A stretch of 64,000 nt of DNA from Stenotrophomonas sp. (GTDB lineage: Bacteria; Pseudomonadota; Gammaproteobacteria; Xanthomonadales; Xanthomonadaceae), in contig NZ_DAMBKV010000003.1 in the NCBI RefSeq assembly GCF_032066555.1, forward strand, positions 214,300-278,299, in the 5' to 3' direction. Of the stretch, positions 62,984 to 64,000 are shown in pieces. Within the stretch, counting starts at the first letter, position 1. Each line of letters opens with the position of its first letter. Made by a program: the position numbers and the translations under genes. The notes beneath the pieces were generated by a model. It was not told the origin of the DNA. It was given only the letters and a program-made list of their open reading frames with translations, and ran no database searches.

Positions 62984-64000
62984 CTACTTGGAGGTCGCCG
63001 TGAAGATGCCATCCCATTGCGTCGGCGGATGTTTGATCAACTGCTCAAGTCGCTGCAGGTAAAGCATGTGCAACTGCGTAAGCAGCTGCAGTTCGTACTG
63101 CGCCTGCAGTGCGCCGAGCGCACGCAGCGCAGCACCGAAATCCCCGCAGCGATACAGACCAAGAACCTGTGCGTGGGCCTGTGCCAGCGCCTGGAAATCC
63201 GCCTGCTGCGCAAACTGCGCATCGCCAAGCAAGGCAAACAGCTGCACCGGTTCAGTGCGTCCCACCACCCGCACCCGATCCACTTCCAGATAGGCCAGAT
63301 CGGCAGCCTCGACGCGCACCGCATCGGTCACCATCACGGTGACGCCGTAGTACTTGGTCAGCCCTTCCACGCGCGAGGCGAGGTTGACGGTGTCACCAAT
63401 GGCCGAATAGGAGAACCGCTGCTGCGAACCCAGGTTGCCGACGCAGGCATCGCCCAGGTTCAAACCCACACCGATGCGCAATGCGCTGCCGCGTTCGCGA
63501 TTGAGCGCCTCCACCGCAGCCACCATGCCCAGCGCCGCCAGGCAGGCCTTGCGTGGATGCGCGGCGATGTCGACCGGTGCATTCCAGAACGCCATGATCG
63601 CGTCGCCGATGTACTTGTCGATGGTCGCTTCATGCGCCAGCAACACATCGGTCATCGGCGTCAGGAAGTCATTGAGCAACGCGGTCAATGCATCCGGGCT
63701 GAGATTCTCCGACAACGAGGTGAATCCGCGGATATCAGATAAAAGCACGGTGATCCGCCGCGTCTGGCCACCAAGCTGCAGGGCCTGCGCATCGTGCGAC
63801 AGTCGCTCGACCAGCGCAGGTGACAGGTAGCGCGCAAATGCCGAACGCACGAAACGCTTCTCTCGGTTACCGGCAAACAGCAATGCCGGCAGCATGCTGA
63901 CAAACACCGCCAGCAGGCATAGCAGTGCCGGCACCGGATCCAGCAACCAGGCGTGCCGGGTATACGCCCACCACGCCATGCCGAGCACACCGGCCAGCAA
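62984..64000 (-). CDS. class III adenylate/guanylate cyclase, C-terminal part (N-terminus beyond the right edge)
   Basis: TM segments are followed by the catalytic domain ITVLLSDIRGFTSLSE...KYIGDAIMAFWNAP...IGVGLNLGDACVGNLGS..RFSYSAIGDTVNLASRVE. There is a C-terminal helical extension. Confidence 0.85.
   Translation of the reverse strand: MLAGVLGMAWWAYTRHAWLLDPVPALLCLLAVFVSMLPALLFAGNREKRFVRSAFARYLSPALVERLSHDAQALQLGGQTRRITVLLSDIRGFTSLSENLSPDALTALLNDFLTPMTDVLLAHEATIDKYIGDAIMAFWNAPVDIAAHPRKACLAALGMVAAVEALNRERGSALRIGVGLNLGDACVGNLGSQQRFSYSAIGDTVNLASRVEGLTKYYGVTVMVTDAVRVEAADLAYLEVDRVRVVGRTEPVQLFALLGDAQFAQQADFQALAQAHAQVLGLYRCGDFGAALRALGALQAQYELQLLTQLHMLYLQRLEQLIKHPPTQWDGIFTATSK

Overview
High-GC (roughly two-thirds G+C by eye) chromosomal window from a gammaproteobacterium, probably Xanthomonadaceae/Lysobacteraceae-like. 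That guess rests on gene content, the birA-coaX-SPOR-tRNA-Thr and PepSY-phoPQ neighbourhoods, and GTAG-type REP palindromes. All calls come from reading the translations and DNA by eye, with no database search. Many starts were moved from the ORF-track start to an internal ATG/GTG with a better Shine-Dalgarno or a 4-nt ATGA overlap, and these remain uncertain. The window has four main blocks. (1) 1-6.8 kb holds trpS, a CsbD plus two sub-threshold entericidin-like lipoprotein genes, arginase, an MscS channel and NnrS. (2) 6.8-26.5 kb is a co-oriented run of 19 minus-strand genes for anaerobic nitrate respiration: moaA-moaC/B-moeA-moaD-moaE-mobA-orf, a perfect FNR box, narK2-narGHJI-parvulin-narK1, a HemN-like protein without the radical-SAM cysteines, fnr and modABC. 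(3) 27-40 kb holds accessory and signalling genes: ALDH, TetR, tandem Usp, a CBS protein, an M20 peptidase, and a 1.5k-aa CHASE/3xPAS hybrid kinase tightly linked to an HD-GYP response regulator. (4) 40-51 kb holds TspO, an SDR-like gene, ECF sigma/ChrR, and a divergent nine-gene lipid-modification operon that matches the singlet-oxygen/furan-fatty-acid type locus but carries extra unknown-function genes. The rest is a small low-GC islet at tRNA-Thr, SPOR-coaX-birA, mtfA, phoPQ, dusA, and a cNMP-binding patatin convergent with a DUF3307/class-III cyclase operon. I saw no CRISPR array, transposase, integrase, rRNA or obvious defence genes. The most interesting candidates are the extended ChrR-linked lipid locus, the cyclase/cNMP-patatin pair, the degenerate HemN paralogue and the mobA-coupled orphan ORF in the nar/Moco cluster, and the CHASE kinase/HD-GYP pair. 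None of these is proven novel from sequence alone.
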